A stretch of DNA of 64,000 bases from the human T2T-CHM13v2.0 reference genome, Homo sapiens (GCF_009914755.1 NC_060947.1); one strand, 5' to 3'; shown: positions 41,762-56,700, counted from the stretch's first letter. Numbers and translations are program-made. The notes: generated by a model from the sequence alone, not told the origin.

Positions 41762-42039
41762 TAACTGGTTACTGTTTCTAGAGTTTATTTTCTGCAAACA
41801 TTGGTAACACTTCTCTTTTTTTTACAAATATTGGTAACATTTGTATCAACCTTCATGTGGTACATGTTAAGCATGCATATGTTGACAAAATATTATTAGA
41901 AAAACTGCTCTTTCTACCATCAAATAAAATTTCAAGTACAAGTACTATAAAATGTGAATTATCAATGCAGAATAAGGGTTTTTCTGACTTTTAAATCCAA
42001 TTTTGAGCAATGTAACCCGAAGTAGTCTGGTTTATTAAA

Positions 42040-42550
<511 letters not shown>

Positions 42551-45500
42551 TTTTGGTGATTCAGTGCAAAATATACTATAATATGTTTGTTTATCATGAA
42601 TAAAAGAATGGAAAGAGTCACAATTTTATAAAAAGCTTTCTATGTTTGTTGTTTTTGCTTATAATCTTTGTTATCATAGCAATATAAAATAGATAAATGT
42701 ATCATACATAGTAGGTGTTCATAATATAGACTTATCGACATAATCTAAGCCTAGAGTGTACTACTTTGTAGAAATTTTTTGATAATTAAATGATACATGT
42801 ACAAATATGTTTTACATAAAATGTGAATCTATACATAGATGTAAACTATTATTAATTGTTTAGTTATCGTAATATTGTTTTAAATAACCAAATAGATATA
42901 TGTGATAATTTGCAAATTTAAAAGACAGTGTTTTGAGTTACAGACTTTTCATGAGTAGTTTTATCTTTTTATGCTTTACATTAGATTTCCTACAATTGCC
43001 TTATTTTTTTCTAACTCTCAATTCTACTGTGGTTACTTAAAAATGCACTCAGTTTTAAAATAGAAAGTTTTGAGAATTTGGGGAAGGAAGAAGAATTTAT
43101 ACTTGCTTATTTATATAAACTACATTGGCTACCACACTAGAATTGGCTCTTACCATGACTTAGGTTCAGTTCTTGCTTTTTAAACACCATAGTCTTGCTT
43201 TTTAAACACAAAATCTCATGTATTTTCTCCCATATAGTCCAGCTATTCATATCAACTTGCAATTTTCTGTGAAAATACACTTGTTAGTCTAAAATGAATT
43301 TTGCCAATTGGAATTTTTTAACAATGTTTGCACAGAAATTTAATCATCAATTATAGCCAAGATCCTATAATTATTTTTGTAAATAAGAGAGAAGATGAAA
43401 TATTCAAATGCCTGTTTGAGTAGGTCTTCCCACAACCCTACCACATAAAGGCACAAAATAACTCTATGTAAAAATTACCTTTGAAAAAGCCATGTCTACT
43501 GTAGTTGAATATCTATGGTTTAGACTTGGGCAGCTGCCCTATGTAATATTTTATCTTCTTTATTTTCTTCTTTCTTGCAACTAAAAAAACCTTTAACCCA
43601 GTATTCCTGAAGCCAGAAAAAACAAATCAAGGCTAATATTCTCATGTGAATTTTTTAATGACATAAGTAGGGACAAGAGCGGATATAGCAGAAATGATTT
43701 TAATGTAGTGTAACATATACCAATTTATTGACCCCAAGATTTTTCTATTTATAAGGAAGTAACTATTCTGAAAATTGTCCTATGAACTCTGTGGCATTAA
43801 CAATGAACTCTTGAGATTTCTTCAAGCCATAGATCTTGACTGACAGTGCTATTAAATAAACCATGGTCCTTAGAATTACAGATACTGCATAATACTGACC
43901 TATCATCTTTTTCCCACGCAAACTGTGCAAGTGAATTGCTGAATGAACAGGAAGGGGCACTATCAGTTGTTCTTGGGGCAGATAATATGGCATTTCATCT
44001 AGTTACTGTACCATGAAATGTTGCATTACAATCACTCTGATAATTTAATGACATTTAAGAAATGAAAATGCTTAGAGTTGTGCTATATAGGCAAACATTA
44101 AATGCTTACACTACAAAGCCATTATACACGAAGAGACTACAATGCAGTTGTTAGGTAGATGCCAATTTTTCCTGGGAAAAAAATTACAGCAAACTTAAAA
44201 TATGTTTCTTTTTAATTCAGTGACTTCTCTACCTAGATTGCAAACTTTAAATTAACCCTGATTGAGATGGGAAACCTAGCCATGACTGTTTGAAGGATGC
44301 CTTTTCAAACTTATTCTATTACAAATATCCACAGTATTATTTAAAGTGGCTAACTTTTATTTTATTTAGGCCTTAAGTTACTGAAATACTTTGTTACTGT
44401 TGGTAGTAAAGGCAAGGTGGTTCCAGTGAACTGTTAACTAGTCCTTTATGGCCATAACTTTTAAAGTGGAGAAGTTAGTTGCCTTAAAGTTGTACATAGA
44501 AAAAGGCCGTGAACTAGGATGGTATCTTCTCTTTATATCAGGTAACAAACTGCTGAGGCTCTCAGTTGTGCTTAGTTCCCCATCACTTTAGGACTAGAGT
44601 CGGGGAATTGGTTTTGAAACATGGGGAATATTTTTTCCTTTTCCGTGGTTATCACGGACAGCAGCTTTCCCTGGCTTTCTCACACTGACACTCATGAAGA
44701 AAAGCATGAGAGACGATAACTGCTAAAATATCCTCAGTATTCCCCTAACATATTGGTCCATTTTCTCTCTGAAACTGGAATGCCAAACATATTGTAAATC
44801 CTCTGAGTCTCAAACATATTTTAATCTGAGCCTTCTATCCTTAGGACATATAAATTTTGATTTATTCCAGAGAACAGTAACATAGTTCTTTTATTAGTTT
44901 CTCCATTGTGCCTTTTGTTTGTGATTGAGAGACTGTGGAAGGGCTGAGAGCTGGGGACTGAGTAGTGGGAGCAGTGCAGGAGGGGAATAAATGCCACTAA
45001 ATAATCTTTTGACAAGCAAATAAAACAAAAAAAAAAAAGGAGAGAAAGAGGATATATTAATCTACCCCGTGTTTTTCAAAGACAAGTAGATTCGAGAGGA
45101 TCTCTGCTTCTGGGAAGTTCTCTGTTTTCAGTATAGAGAGTCCTTAATCTTTGTGATTGACATCCCTCTTTTTAGAAGCTAGTGTGACATAAGAATTATG
45201 GGTCTGTCTTTTAATACAGTTGAAATATTTAAAATATGTTAAGAAAAGACTACTACTTTTAATAATTCCTTTGGGCTTTTTCCATTTTCTTCTAAAAACA
45301 TTTATTAATCTATTAATTTGGAAACTCCAGTTTCTCATTAGGATCACTGAGCTTTGTGGTGATCATTTGTATTTAAAAATACATTGAGTAAAGTCTTTTG
45401 ATAATATATGAGAAGGTGTCTTCTAGAAAGCTCTAGTTCTAATTTTTTTCAAATCATTACAAGATGTAGATACTTAGAGACAGCTTGCACCTGCAAAGAA

Positions 45501-45799
45501 AAGTGGCACAGTGAGACAGTTATTAGGATCATTGAAGAAATAAGACACAATACCCTAAACTTTCACAGTGGTAATTTGTAAACATTAGACAAAACATAAT
45601 TTGGGGAGGCATGAATTATCCAGACAAGTGCTTGATAAATTAAGTGGTATAACTCTTCCCCTATATCTCAGTCCCTCATACTGGATTATATAAGCCTAAC
45701 TAATTTATTGCTCTAGTTTTGATAATGATTTAATTCATGGAACTATAAAAGAACTTTTTTGGTTCCAGAATTTTAATAATAAAAAAAAAAGAAGAATAG

Positions 45800-46030
45800 A
45801 ACTTTCGAGTTAGATTAAAGCTTTGTTCAATTCTCTGCCTTATTACTTATTCACCATGTGATCTTGCACATGCTAGTCAGTCTCTCTTGCCTTTGCTTTC
45901 CTCATCTGTATAATTGGCATAATAGTTCTTGCATTTTCATAGAGTTGTTTTGAAGATCAAATAAGATAATGTATTTGAAGTTTTGAAACAGTGCTTGACA
46001 TACAGCAGTGGGTGTCCAATAATAGTTCTC
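45800..46030 (+). mobile_element. MIR
   Basis: ctttcctcatctgtataattggcataatag...gttgttttgaagatcaaataagataatgta...acagtgcttgacatacag. Confidence 0.75.
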
Positions 46031-47254
46031 ATTTTTTCTCTTACATTGGCTCTGTCCAGTGATGACCTAAAGTAGCAAACTGTTGTTTTAGTTCATGGAA
46101 AATGTACATTCAAAATAATGTAGCTTAAAATTAAGAAGGCTCTTTGCCATTTACAAATTTAGTGACTTCAGTGCTGATTTTCTTTCAAGAACGTTTCATA
46201 GGAATTAGTTTTTCAGCTCCCTTTCATATTTTTGGAAAATCTAGTGTGTATATCATATAATAGTGGTATTTATGAATGAAAAAAACTTGTTTACAACTAA
46301 TACTGCAATACCAGTTTAGAAAACAGGGATCTGCTTTACTAAACTTTGCTAAATGCCAAAGTAATACATAGCTATTAAAACCTCAAGAAAAAAAAGACAA
46401 TTCCTTTCAGCCACAATATCACCTAAAACTAAAGTATTATAAAAGCTAAACAATGCCAAGTGAATTTTGCTGAGATCAAAAGTCAAACCTATTTATTTAT
46501 TTTATTTCATTTTCAGTGTTTCTTTTCCTAGGACTATCACCTTAGTCAAACATCTACTAGAGTTAGCTTTTGATCTCAGCCTTCTTTTGGGGTAAAAAGG
46601 AAGTCAATCTTCAATTTTTTTCTTCTAGAGACAGTCACTCTATTGTGTTTTAATGTTCCAATAGTGTGTGAGTAAATAAGATTCTCTGACATATGTGATA
46701 GAAGACTGGTTAAATGGGACAATCATTTTTGTGTAAGAGACAAGAATCAAAAGGAAGCATTCTTCACAAGCTATTAACTGAAAAAAAATCCCCTCAGGTC
46801 AGTGGAAATATGTTAAATGGTCAGTCTTCTGCCTTTTTAGGTCTTTTGATGAAAATGCCTTGTAATTTGATAACAGATAGTTGCTCATTAGTAATATAAT
46901 TTTCTCCTTACCATTCATAGTTACTCCATGATCAATCAGGAGAAAATATTTCTTTTAACCTAGATATTTTGCTTAAAAACTTTGTTTAAAATGTCTTAAT
47001 ATCTCTAGAAAGGATCATGCATTTTTCATTCTTCTTGTCATAGATTAATCAAACTATAGGAAAATTTTCATGATATATTAAAGACACAAGAGACATGACA
47101 ACACATGATGATTACAGTTGAATTAAAAAGAAAAAAAACTGGTGTTTGATGGCAGTGAAGGTATGTTTGTGAGTACTATTAACACATGTGTATGACTACA
47201 TTCTAACTATTGAAGATCTTTATATCACCTTTACTAAATCTATTTTATTAAATG

Positions 47255-47986
47255 ATAAATTCATTAGGCAGGTATTTATCAAGTACTGCCCACCTGGGAA
47301 AGACCTCTCTAGGTCATACTGTGAGTACAAAGCTGAGTAAGACATAGTCAATGACCTATAGCAGACTTCACAGCCTTTCTCTGAGTTGAGAAAATGAGAC
47401 CTATGTGTAGACATAATTATAATAAAAGGCAAAAAACCCATATTTATAAGCATACATATGTTTGTGTAAATATGTCTATGTGATATAGGGACATTCAAAG
47501 ATGAGAATAATTATTAACAGTTGTGGGAATTAAAGAAAATATTTGGTGTTGATGGCATTTAATTTGTGCCTTAAAGATTGGTTAAGTTGCAGTTGGCAAA
47601 ACAGGGATAAAAGCATTTCAGGGGAAAGTGGCAATGGTCTGAACACAAGCAAATATTAATACCAAGTTTTTTTGGGAAACAGAGGGTTCAGTCTAGCTAG
47701 AATAGTGGGTTTGTGATGGAAAAAAAAGGAGCTCTGTCTGAAGATGGGTGGGGATAGATTATTGGAGATTGTAACTCCCATATTAAAAGTTTTGAACTTT
47801 ATTCTACAGGAAGTATCAAACCACAAAACACTTTTTTGTAGGTGAGCAATGTGAAGATACTCCTCTTTACAAGAATGTCACTATTAAGAGAATATAACAT
47901 AGACTGGAAAGGCAAAGAGTTAGAGGCAGAGAGATCACTCAGGAAGTTCTTCAAGTAGTCTAGCTGAGAAAGAATACAGACCTATT
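47255..47986 (-). mobile_element. L2 fragment
   Basis: aaattcattaggcaggtatttatcaagtac, aaagttttgaactttattctacagg, agaggcagagagatcactcaggaag. Confidence 0.6.
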
Positions 47987-47996
47987 AAAAAGTGGC

Positions 47997-48359
<363 letters not shown>

Positions 48360-49436
48360 TTAGACTTACAATGTATAACTCTGAAGTAATGCTATTTAAA
48401 CCTGCTTTGGAAAATAAATGTGTTTGAAATTACTAGTAGCAGGATTTCAAACTAAAAAATAAAGTGTACTTTATCTATACATTCCTATCAGTTCATGTAG
48501 AACTTTCTAACATTCCTATGCTTCCGATTCAATTGCAACCAAGCAGATCATATTGCTTTTTTAAAAAATGTGTTTATCTTACATGAGGTACATGGCAATT
48601 TAAAAAAATGGCACATAAACTATACTAAGATTCTGTGTTTCTTAAAAGCAAAAAGAAGAGAGTAATAACTGGTTAAGAGAAAGTATAATTTGACAAAAAG
48701 TTGAAAGGGGTTCATTATTAGGATCACAAACAGAAGGAATGGTGGTATAGATCACCTGGAAATTATACCTTTGACTTTGGAAAGCTCATGATTTATGCCA
48801 ATCTGTTTGAACAAGTTAAGAAGTTACCACAGTCTTTCAGGAAACACAGTCTTCCAACAATATCCAAGATCTAGGAGGACAAAATGGGAAAAGGAAGAAA
48901 TCATTGAAATGAAAGGGAGTAAACAGAACATAGTTTAGTAAACTATTATCTAGGGTGATGTTTCTGTTCTCATTTTATTGGTTCTGAACATATACGGTCA
49001 TATTCATGGCAAAAATACCCATGGAAATTCTCAAAGCTACAAAAGATGGAGTGCCTTTTCTCATCACCAAGATGGTATAGTGTTACTAGCATTGTGCTGG
49101 GCCAACCCATCCTCATCTACCTCCCAGCTGTGTATGTTTGCTTATCTCTAGCATAGCAGTTTTAAGGTCAGACATCTTATTACAAAAATGTTTCAAATTC
49201 TGACTGAAAAAAAAGGTAGGAGAAAGATAAATTTCTTTATGGATTCTGTTTAATTTGACCCATTTGAGTTAGTATGCCCGTTAGCAACCTCAAGATATTG
49301 GTTCCAAACAGAAAAATGGTTTGTATCTCTTTTGGAATTTATTGTTAATAGGACTGTGACAGAATTCAGGAAACCAGAAAGAATATTCTACCTTACAAAT
49401 CATTCAACTATCCCATATCTCTATACAAAAACCTTC

Positions 49437-49439
<3 letters not shown>

Positions 49440-49471
<32 letters not shown>
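49440..49471. repeat. (TG)n microsatellite
   Basis: perfect tg run. Confidence 0.95.
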
Positions 49472-49473
<2 letters not shown>

Positions 49474-49780
49474 GGGGTGGGTTTCTCTTTCCTCTATTAA
49501 TAACCTGGCATAAATTATTTAATGGAGAAGTATTTTTCTATTAACCAAGAACTACCTTGCATATATCAGATAATGACACTTTTGAGCAGGATGAGTTGGT
49601 ATCAGAATTTTCCTTTGCACCTATTTTTCTACTGAGCCATTATGAAATACTGTATGTGTGTAATTCAAACATGTCATTTGAGTGTCCTAACTGATAGTAA
49701 TATGCTCCACAGAAATTTTAGGAGAAAATTATGCCTATTGTATATTTTCTTAGTGTTAGAGGCAATACCCTAAACCCCAC

Positions 49781-51565
49781 TGTATTAGTCTCTTCTGATG
49801 CTGTTAATAAAGACATACCCAAGACTGGCTAATTTATAAAGGAAAGAGGTTTAATTGACTCACAGTTCCACATGGCTAGGGAGGCCTCACCATTATGGAA
49901 GAAGGCAAATTAGGAGCAAAGTCACCTCTTACATGGCAGCAAGCAAGAGAGAGTTTGTGTAGGGGAGCTCCCCTTTGTAAAACCATCAGATCTCGTAAGA
50001 CTTATTCACTATCACGAGAACAGCATGGGAAAACCCCACCCCATTGATTCAATTACCTCCCACCAGGTCTTCCCCATGACATGTGGGGATTATGGGAGCT
50101 ACAATTCAAGATGGGATTTCAGTGGGGACACAGCCAAACCATATTATTCCACCCCTAGTCCCTCCCAAATCTCATGTCCTCACATTTCAATACCAATTAT
50201 GTCTGCCCAACAGTCCCCCAAAGTCTTGACTCATTTCTACATTAACTTAAAAGTCCACAGTCCAAAGTCTCATCTGAGACAAGGCAAGTCCCTTCCACCT
50301 ATGAACCTGTAAAATCAAAAGCAAGTTAGTTACTTGCTACATACAATGGAGGTACAGGAATTGGGTAAAACACACATTCCAAATGGGAGAAATTGGCCAA
50401 ATCAAAGAGGCTACAAGCCTTTTGCAAGTCTGAAATCCAGCAGGGCAATCAAATCTTAAAGCTCTTAAATGATCTCCTTTGACTTGATGTTTCATATCCA
50501 GGTCATGCTGATGCAAGAGGTGGGTTCCCATGATCTTGGGCAGCTCCACCCCTGTGGCTCACAGGGTATAGCCCCACTCCTGGCTACTTTCATGGGCTGG
50601 TGTTGAGTGTCTGTGGCTTTTCCAGGCACATGGTGCAAGCTGTCAGTGGAACTACTATTCTGGAGACTGGAGGACAGTGGCTCTCTGCTCAGTGTTCCAC
50701 TGGGCAGTGCACTAGTGGGGACTCTGTGTGGGGGATCCCACCCCCCATTTCCCTTCTGCACTGCCCTAGTAGTACATGTTCTCCATGAGAGCCCTGCCCC
50801 TGCAGCAAGCTTCTGTCTAGACATCCAGGAGCTTCTGTACATCCTCTGAAATCTAGGTGGAGGTTCCCAAACCTCAGTTCTTGACTTCTGGGCACCCAGA
50901 GGCTTAACATCATGTGGAAGCCACAAAGGCTTGGGGCTTGCATCTTCTGAAGCAACAGCCTGAGCTGTATGTTGGTCACTTTTAGTCATAGCTGAGATGC
51001 AGGGCACCAAGTCTGAAGAGTGCACAAAGCAGGAAGGCCCTGGGCCCTGCCCAGGAAACCATTTTAACCTGCTAGGCCTCCTGGCTTGTGATGGGAGGGG
51101 CTGCTGGGAAGACCTCTGACATGTCCTGGAGACATTTTTCCCATTATCTTGGTGATTTACATTTGCCTCCTTCTTACTTATGCAAATTTCCGCAGCTGGC
51201 TTGAATTTCTCTCAGAAAGTGTTTTTTTCTTTCTATCACATCATCAGGCTGCAATTTTGTTAAACTTTTATGCTCTGCTTCTCTTTTGAACATAAGTTCC
51301 AATTCCAAACATATCCTTGTGAATACATAAAACTGAATGCCTTTAAGAGCACCCAAGTCATATCTTGAATGCTTTGCTGCTTCAAAATTTCTTCCTCCAG
51401 ATACCCTAAATCATCTATTTCAACTTCAATGTTCCACAGATCTGTAGGGCAGTGGCAAAATACTGCCAGTTTCTTTGCTAAAGTATAGCAAGAGTCACCT
51501 TTATTCTAGTTTTTAATAAGTTTCTCATCTCCATCTGAGACCGCCTTAGCCTAGGTTTTATTGTA
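49781..51565 (-). mobile_element. THE1 (B/C-like) element: one LTR (49781-50146) plus internal region; second LTR absent
   Basis: tgtattagtc...acagccaaaccatatta then THE1-int ccaaagtctcatctgagacaaggcaagtccc...tttctcatctccatctgagacc. Confidence 0.92.
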
Positions 51566-52499
51566 TCTATTTATATGATATCCATCTTTTCTTGTCACAT
51601 AACAATTGTTCATGTTGTTGTTGGTTGTTTCAGGTAGCTTCTAGTACAATAACTATACATTCCGATAGTTAATAGAAACATAGTTTTTGATATTTGTATC
51701 TCAAAACATGTGGATATATAATTAAATATTATTGTTATAATAAGCTTAATTTAGGTACTGTCTAAATCTCTTGTTTCTGGAGGTTGAGAATCAGTCTCTT
51801 AAAAGTGGTAGATTATAAGCAATTAGGATTCACATTTCTTTACATATTATTCAAATGCAAACCTCTGAAATGTGATTACAAGTCTATTCATACATTTATA
51901 TCAATACATCTATATTTAATTTTATGTACTCATTAAATTGAGAATGACAAGTTCTGTCACAAAGTTTTCACATAATTGTGTTCACTATATCATATTGCTT
52001 TGCTTTCTAAAACAGATGCTTGATGTATTTGGCTTCAGTAAATATAAGCATAAACTGATGATAAAGAATGAAACCATCAGACAGTCAAAGAGTAAAACAA
52101 AGGCAAACACTTTCAGTGTTTGAGTGAACCATCTTTGTCCCTGTGCACTTCTCACTTTTGTTGTTATGTCTTAACAGGATAGTCAGGCAGAATGTGATTG
52201 TGAAGAGAACGTAAAGTAGACCGCTTCTAGAGAAGCATACTTACCTACCAGCATTGGGCTAATAGCCCTTTTTCCTCCTCCTGCTGTTGTCCCTTCTGAA
52301 CATGCATTTTGTTATTCTGCAGTCATTTCCTGGGCATCACCATGGACTCACTACTGTGTCAGGCAACAGGGAATACAAAAGATAAGAATAATACATTTCT
52401 AGTTTATGGTAGTAAGCACCTTACAGCCTTGGTAAGGGAGACATTTTTAACATATAAAATTAATAAATGATTAGTTCATTTTGGTTATTTTGGAAGTAT

Positions 52500-52670
52500 T
52501 TCATTCCACTTAGATTCTCTGAAGTTTAGCAGTGGATTGAACCTCATTTTAAAGACATGAACATTGATTCTTAAGATAAAGTGACTCAGATAGGCATACA
52601 GGTAGCTATAGATAAATGCAGTTTTAATATCCAGACTTTATGATTCCTCAGTCAGTATTCTTTACATCAT
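52500..52670 (-). mobile_element. MIR fragment
   Basis: acctcattttaaagacatgaacattga...aagtgactcag...ccagactttatgattcc. Confidence 0.45.
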
Positions 52671-53812
52671 AATTCGGGCTAGACAAACACTATCCTCGCT
52701 GTTTTCTCAGGTCTTTCTTGATGTTATGAATTACACGTTTAATTATCATAAATATGTTGCAAGCAACATTAAAAATGCAGCTTTTTAGACCAATTAACAT
52801 TTCTGGATATATTGCTGGATTCTTTGTCCTTCATTTAAGTAGTATACACATATTTAAAACACAAAATATCACAATGTTGAATAAAAACAACAAAGAATCA
52901 TAGTAGTTGCTCTCTGCAGCAACAGAGCATGACACTGGTTGAGAATCACTATTCTGAAGAGTGGAGAATTGATTGCACTGTTGATTATCTGGCATTTATG
53001 TGGTATATCCAAGGGAAGACTGGCTACTGAAAAGCCACAAGAGAAGTGATCTTTAGGAAGCCAATTACCTTTCTGGAAAGTGGTTCATTATTGAGATTTA
53101 ATATTCTCCTACTGGCAGTTTGATATCTTTTAACAAGTACAAAACACATTTCAATTTTCATTAGCTGCTACACAGAAGTTAGCACTACAATTTAATTTTA
53201 GACTAAAATATATTATTGAATTTGAGGTTAATTTCCCATTTATTCTACTTATAGAGAGAAATTTATTGTACTGTATTTTGCCAAGTATTGCTGGTTTTCT
53301 ACACAGACAGAACTGCCTTTCTAAAAAACAGGACTATGTGTTGCTGCTAGTTTTCTTGCGTTCCCAGCATTTCAGGTAGTCTTCCTGCATTTCTGGGCTA
53401 ACTAGGCATGGAAAGAGTCACTCTTGGCCCAATGTCAGAAATTAGGAGTGTTTTGTCGCCTCTAGTCCATATCTAATGCACACTCTCTCCTAGAGTCACA
53501 ATGGTATTTGCTGGTCATACCACTTCTGGTATTCTGATTTAGATATCATAGTCCTGTGGCAAGTCCGGGCTGGAAATTCCTTAAAAATGATCTTGAAACA
53601 TCCAGTAATACTCTATAAAAATGCTCAGATAAGTCACCCTAGGGCAGAGTGCAACTTACTGGAATTTGTATATAGTATTAATAATTCTTATGGCTCAAAT
53701 TTTCTTAAACAAGAAGATTGTCTATTCAGTGGTACCAGAAAGACAATTAATAATTCTCTTAATTATAATGTATAAAAAGAGGAAACATTTAAAATTTAAA
53801 ATATCACCAGTG

Positions 53813-54110
53813 GGCTGGGTTCGGTGGCTCATGCCTCTAATCTTAGCACTTTGGGAAACTGAGGTGGTTGGATCACTTGAGCTCAGAAGTTCAAGACCAG
53901 CCTGAGCAATATGGTGAAACCCTATCTCTGCAGAATAAAAAAAAAAAAAATTAGCCAGGCTTAGTGTCACATGCCTGTAGTCTCAGGAGGCTGAGGTGGG
54001 AGGATCCATTGAGTCTGGGGTGGTTGAGGTTGAACTGTGATTGTGCCACTGCACTCCAGCCTGAGCAACAGAGCGAGACCCTGTCTCAAAAATAATAATA
54101 ATAATAATAA
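53813..54110 (+). mobile_element. AluJ with (AAT)n tail
   Basis: ggctgggttcggtggctcatgcc...gatcacttgagctcagaag...gagcgagaccctgtctc. Confidence 0.92.
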
Positions 54111-54297
54111 ATGATAAAAATAAATTACCAACAGACAAGTATAACTCATGATTACCCAATGAGAGAACAGAAGAACTTTATATAAATTTTAAGAAATCCT
54201 GATATCAATATACAGCTTAAATTCAAATTCAGAAAATAATAGTATCCAGGCAGATGAAATTGAGCTTATATCCTTTGTTAAAAGAAATAGATTTAGT

Positions 54298-54423
54298 GCA
54301 GCATTTCTCAAATTGTGTTCTACAGAGTTTTAGTATCTTTAGCTCAAATAATAGGTATTCCATTTTATGCCTCTTTTGGAAATTCATTAAAATATTACAT
54401 GTGTAAAGCTTTGAAAAAACTGC
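54298..54423. mobile_element. Short hAT-Charlie-like remnant
   Basis: terminal inverted-repeat-like ends cagcatttctcaaa ... tttgaaaaaactg. Confidence 0.4.
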
Positions 54424-54429
54424 CATTAA

Positions 54430-54700
54430 AAAAACCTGGAGTACCTGGGTTTAAACCCCAATTTCAAGATTTATTAGCTGTATGACATTAGACAAGTTAT
54501 TCAGTTTCTGTCTTGGTTTACCGATCTGAGAAATGGAAATAGTAATGTTATTACCCTCTTAAGGTTGCTTTGAATTATATATATATATATACACACATAC
54601 ATATACACATATATATACACACATATATATATATACATATATATATATGAACGAGAGAGAGCTTGTGGCATATGATAAGTGCTAGGTAAGGTTTTTATTA
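54430..54700 (+). mobile_element. MIR containing (TA)/(TACA)n repeat (54577-54648)
   Basis: cctgggtttaaacccca...ttattagctgtatgacattagacaagtta...aatggaaatagtaat. Confidence 0.7.
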
Positions 54701-54909
54701 ACTCATTGTTACCTAATTTGGCCTGGGAAGTTTCTCACCCAATTTCTCCATTTTTAAATAGATGCTCTTTTAACATTTTGTGGAACAAGTAGTCAAATGA
54801 AAAGTAGTTTGGAAAAAGTTGATATAAGACAGGTTCTGTATAGTGCTTCTCTTTTGCTTTTAATCTTTTAACAATAGATGTAATAGGAGTGTCTGAAGAG
54901 CTTATTAAA

Positions 54910-55051
<142 letters not shown>

Positions 55052-56700
55052 TGAAGTGCCTGTTATGCATTTTCAGAAAGGTAACTGCAAATTCACTGCC
55101 TGATTGTGCATCCTCCAACTGTTGTTTTGGTGAGGCAAGTGGAACTTTAGCACAGATTGAGTGTATTCTCTCTTAATATCTATCTGTAACTCAACAGATA
55201 TTTGCAAAATATAGTCAACTTCTAGTGCTCACATCACATTCACTGACGTGTAGCAAAATGCAGCTCCTCTTGAATATTTTGAGATCCTTCCAAAGCTGTA
55301 TTTTGTCAACTTTTCCCTCACAGCCAAAGAATTGAACTAAATTTTAATCTTTTGTCTATCCATGAATGGTGATACTTAAGAACCACCAGAATTTTTGTTC
55401 TTCATTTGTTTAGCCTATAACTACCTTCATGTGGTTTCTTTGCTCTTTCAGTCTCCAGTATTTTTCTGAGTAGGATTCAGAGCCTAGGCATCTACTGAAA
55501 ATAAACCCAAATACTACCTCTATTTGGAAAGATTTGCATCTTCCCAGTTGATTTGTAGAGAATTTCTAAATTGTTTCCAGTAGATTCAATGTGATATATA
55601 ACATTAACATTTCATACCACCAGCTGTTTTATTAATAACATTTTGATACATCATATATGACCCAAAGCAGCTTTGATTGCAATAACAAGCAAGCTAACAC
55701 ATGGTACTTGACAGATAGACTGAAATAATATAGCAGATCTAAACTGCTTTTCATTTTTGGAGGGATATTATCATTTGCAATGCCTTGACTGTTAATTTAA
55801 TTGTGTTATTTTTAAAATATAAAACCATATTTCAGTGAACTGACTCACCATTACATTTAGTTAATTGTAAACCTCAAGATTTGATTACTCATAGTTCTCC
55901 CTTGGTTAATTTACTTGCTCACAGTATTGACAGAAAACATTTCAAACTAATATGATGGGAAGGACATAGTTCACATCACTGTAGGAACCCAAAGTTACCA
56001 AACTTTTTTGGTTCTTTTCCTTGTAAATTGTATTGCAAGCCATCATTTTTTTTTCACACACTGGTAGTTTAAGGACTGTAGATCACATAAAGTTGTAAAT
56101 CAAATCCTTGCTTACTAGTGAGAAAGGAGTACAAGATAAACTTTGTTTTAGAGCATGCATGAATGATTAAAAAAACAATTTCAGAAAACTATCTAGTACA
56201 AAGCAAATCTAGACAGAATCATTGCTTCATAAAGGACCTTAAGGACAATCTGGCTGAATTCCATTTTGCACATGAATAAACTGAAGTCCAGAAAAGTTAT
56301 ATGATGCAATTTCTCCTTTATTCTGGTCAGTGACATATAAAGTATCTCTGCGAATCCATTTTAGAGAGTTTTAAATAAGTTCAAATCAAGATTATGAATT
56401 TTGGGATTAGTAAAGAAAGCACTCAGGCAAAAAGGCTTCATTACCTCCATTTGGCATGGAACGCCATCCAATTATATGAAGTTTTCCATTTTGTGTGGAC
56501 TTTATAACTCTACCACTGACTGACTGCGTTATCTTTAGCCCCTGCTTCACTTTTCCACTCTAGACTTAGAGTTTTGCATTTATAAAATGGAGGGATTGAT
56601 TTAGATGTTTATTAAAGTTATCGTAACACTTAAGAACTTCTCTCAACATTCTAAGCCTCAAGTTGGACCTAATATACATGCCAACAATTATAACAGTCAT

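Noticed and set aside
44370-44541. Possible exon (tttatttag acceptor, cag|gtaaca donor)
   Set aside because: Stops in all three frames over this span; such splice-like sites are frequent in AT-rich DNA.
50492-51025. 177-aa ORF, longest in the track
   Set aside because: Lies in THE1 internal sequence; a typical decayed MaLR reading frame with no support for expression.
51938-52123. ORF with acceptor-like aaacag|ATG
   Set aside because: No convincing donor and no recognisable protein; likely chance.
52711-52788. Acceptor gttttctcag followed by 25 open codons
   Set aside because: Ends in a stop with no donor or recognisable homology; insufficient support.
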